Positions 60,991 to 64,000 of a stretch of DNA of 64,000 nucleotides are shown in pieces (position 1 is the stretch's first letter; each line of letters starts with the position of its first letter). The DNA comes from Harriotta raleighana. Its lineage: Eukaryota. The notes beneath the pieces were generated by a model, which made no database searches, had not been told where the DNA came from, and worked only from the letters and a program-made list of their open reading frames with translations. Both the position numbers and the translations under genes were made by a program. The DNA is taken from contig JBNZDD010013590.1 of assembly GCA_050575255.1 (NCBI GenBank), positions 1,737,534 to 1,801,533 on the forward strand. The letters run 5' to 3'.

Positions 60991-62989
60991 CTACATCTCT
61001 TGCTTTCTATGTGAGGAAAAGCGGTATATGTTAAAGGCTTTACACTGTCTTAATGAAAATACAAATGTCCTGGAAATCCAGAGCAGCTTCACTGAATTGC
61101 GAAATCTTCTATGTAGTCATCCAATTTATACTACTATAGCCAAAGGGAATTGTAAAAGTATCAATTTGTGTTGAGAGATGGAAAATCAAATAACTTTTCC
61201 TGGAAATAATTCAATTTTAACTGATAAAGTTCAAGATGATTTTGAAGTCTAACTACAGTGGGAATAGTCTTATTTGGTACAGTCTTACGGAAGGCAATTG
61301 CAATCAAAGCATAATTTAATCAGATGTTACAATTATTATTCATGGAAAAATCTATTCCCACTCCTAGAAAACAAATGGAAATCAAAAATCTTAACTCCAC
61401 AAAGAACATTGTTCTATTGGTATGTAAATGTAAATAGTGTATCTGATATGCAACCAGCAAGTACTATGAGTCAATTATCTTGGTTTCCATTTTATTCTGC
61501 CATGCATGGAAATCCACTATTTCTGTTATTAAGACAAATTATAATACTGTATATTTATTTGAATTGAAATTTTAGACATATATTGAATTAATTAGTCATG
61601 TTTCTTTGAATGGGGAAACATGGATTTTGCTTACAAAATACACAAGGCACTACAAATCCTACAATGCACTTTGAAACATTCTTCTGATTATTATATTATT
61701 GAAGAATTTCTGTTTCTCCATCTGAAACTTGTCTTTACATTGTTTCTACTCTTTAGGGCAACCTAGGCCAAGGCTTTCAATCTGATGCAATTTTTTTTGT
61801 TGACTGGGCAGAGAGCAGATTTCATCTTTCTTCACCAGATTTCGTCATTCTTCACCAAAACACTAAATCATAAAGAAAGAAAATAGAAGCTGCTTTGGGT
61901 ACAATATAACATTTTAAAATTGCCACATTGATAATGAAATCTAAAATGGCATCTTATGGTTTTGAGAGATGGAGAAAAACAATCTTAATTTGGATTAAAA
62001 AATCTGATGACATTTGTTGCCTCACTGAGGATTTGGAGTGCACAGAGATTCCATGGATCTGACACCAATTAACTGAAAAATGTTTTGGAGACAAGTAAAC
62101 ATTCTGATCAATCAAACGCAAGGATTATAGTAATTTAAACTTGATTCAAATGCCTTCTGGAGAGGAGGGGAGAGAAAAAGAATGAAGAAACAAAATGGTA
62201 CGAATTCAAATGATTGGCCTATTCTTATTAACTTTTTCTGATGACAGAGTTGGGCTCAATGATTCCCCATGTGAGGAAGTCACCATTCCTGATTCCAGAA
62301 AACAATGTTGATTTTGATTATCTTTTTTTAATCTCACATTTTCCCATATTTACCAATGGATTCTCTTACCTTCTGAGCAATATAATCTAACAATAGTAAC
62401 AAAGTACAGTATATTTGAAATAGCTACTATTCAGATCAGGAGGATGCCTTAATGCTCTTCACAGTATAAAACCCCAAATTAGGTTTGTATGGCACCTTTC
62501 CCATCAGGAGAACGTCCGAAGGCCCTGGGAAGTATATATTGGGAAGCGGAATAGGTGTGTCTAATTTGTAGATGAATGTAGCAGCAGTACTCCATAAACA
62601 GTCATTAGGTGACTAACCAGCTTTTTGTTTGTGGGATTGTTGGCTAGAACATCAGAAGAAACTCTTTTTAATATTATTTATTGAGGAGCTTATGAATTTC
62701 AATAAATCAAGCAGAGATTTAGGAATCTGTGGTAAATGCACTTAGTCGAGATGACACTGATACTCTAACACTGTGGTCAGAGGAATATCTTAGATGCAGA
62801 AAATGCCACAATTTAGAGTTGCTTTGCTTGAATCCATCCAGGGGACAATAAAGACATATTGTAAGATGCATCAATATTAGAACTTCACAATTTAAAGGAA
62901 CATATGCTGAGTAAGTCTTTTGGCCATTAACCTAATTAGAAAAATGAATTGTATTTATTATAGTTATTTTGTGTTTTGTGTACCAGATT

Positions 62990-63455
62990 GACTCAGCTGA
63001 ATCAAAATGTTATGGTTTTAAATCCCATGCCAGCATTTAGGATTTATATAGCCTAAGTTGTCTTATATAGTGTCCGTCTCCAATGCAATCCTATGCTATA
63101 TGTTGGAAATGCCATCAATCAGCAGACACGTTAAACTGAGGGTTGGTCTGCCTGTTCAGATGAATGTTAAAGATACATTAACAGCATTCCAAAAGAAAGA
63201 GCTTCTCCTGGGATTGGAATGTCCTTCTGATATGAAAAGTGCTTTATCAATGTAATTTTGTTGTTAATATTGTTGTATCCTGGCCAGCAATCACCAAATA
63301 AAATTGGGCATTTACTTTATGGCTGTGTGTGGGACGTTACTTTGCCACATTTGTCCACAACCACACAGTTACTCCACTTTACAATATATCCAGTGAAATG
63401 CTTTGGGACATCCTCCTGGCATGACAGGTAATCCAAATGTAAGGATTATCATTAT
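62990..63455 (+). mobile_element. Long-form DeuSINE with an L2 tail inside (~63215-63265)
   Basis: tRNA-like head, cctgttcagatgaatgttaaaga body, Deu core and tail. Confidence 0.65.
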
Positions 63456-63456
63456 T

Positions 63457-63752
63457 CTGGAGTTTAGTGGTTAGAGCATTCACCTTGCAAGCAACAGACC
63501 TGGGTTCGATTCCTGCCAGGGAAAAAACCTTAGGCAAGTTTCCTTACTCCACAGCCTGATAATATTTCTTCAAGAATAGGAAAACAATAATAAAATTGGT
63601 CACTTCAATCCATGACTATATGTCGGACACTGGTGTGTGCAATTGGCTGCCATGTTTTGTCCAGAAATATACATCAATTCACATTACAGTATTCTATGGA
63701 GTATTTTGAGATATCTGGAAAACGTGAAAAGCGCTATATGAAATGATTATTA
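63457..63752 (+). mobile_element. tRNA-headed Deu-domain SINE
   Basis: A-box and B-box (ggttcgattcc), Deu core and tail. Confidence 0.88.
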
Positions 63753-64000
63753 TATACTATACTAGTATTATCATTATAATCTTTTATTGTATTATCGAAA
63801 TGCCTCACAGGATTCGTATTTGTGAAGATGTCAGCCTGGCTCAGGTGCTGTCACTCTTGCCTCTTGAGTCAGTAGATTGTGAATTCAAGCCTCACATCAG
63901 GACATTGAACTCACAGTCTGGGCTAACCCTGCAATGCAAGCTCGGAGGATACTACATTACTGGATGTACATAAGAAGGGCCTTCAGATGTGTTACTGAAC

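Noticed and set aside
1-64000. Recurring short palindromic motif gggacgtcctcccgacgtgaaaggcgct as a possible CRISPR-like repeat
   Set aside because: Dispersed on both strands, always at L2/SINE 3' ends, with no regular spacers or cas genes; it is the L2 recognition stem-loop.

Overview
Eukaryotic, AT-rich, repeat-dense DNA that reads as intronic or intergenic and contains several assembly gaps. The repeat content points to a cartilaginous fish, probably a chimaera such as Callorhinchus milii (inference from repeat families only). It holds many tRNA-headed Deu-domain SINEs, L2 and CR1 LINE fragments, Penelope-like elements, Tc1/mariner (Tigger/pogo-type) and hAT MITEs, a decayed PIF/Harbinger transposase and two probable solo LTRs. 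There are no prokaryotic genes, CRISPR arrays or complete host genes, and almost all listed ORFs are repeat fragments, chance ORFs or span N-gaps. The most notable signals are: (1) Penelope-derived insertions carrying minimal hammerhead-ribozyme motifs, including two ~180-210 bp fold-back mini-elements with 15-bp target-site duplications (TSDs); (2) a probable host coding exon at 38159-38372 with four N-glycosylation sequons and weak SEA-domain resemblance; (3) L2 derivatives lacking the RT region and a Deu-core/L2-tail chimeric family; (4) hairpins that look newly made by template switching. Repeat boundaries were read by eye and are approximate unless a TSD or terminal inverted repeat (TIR) is cited.
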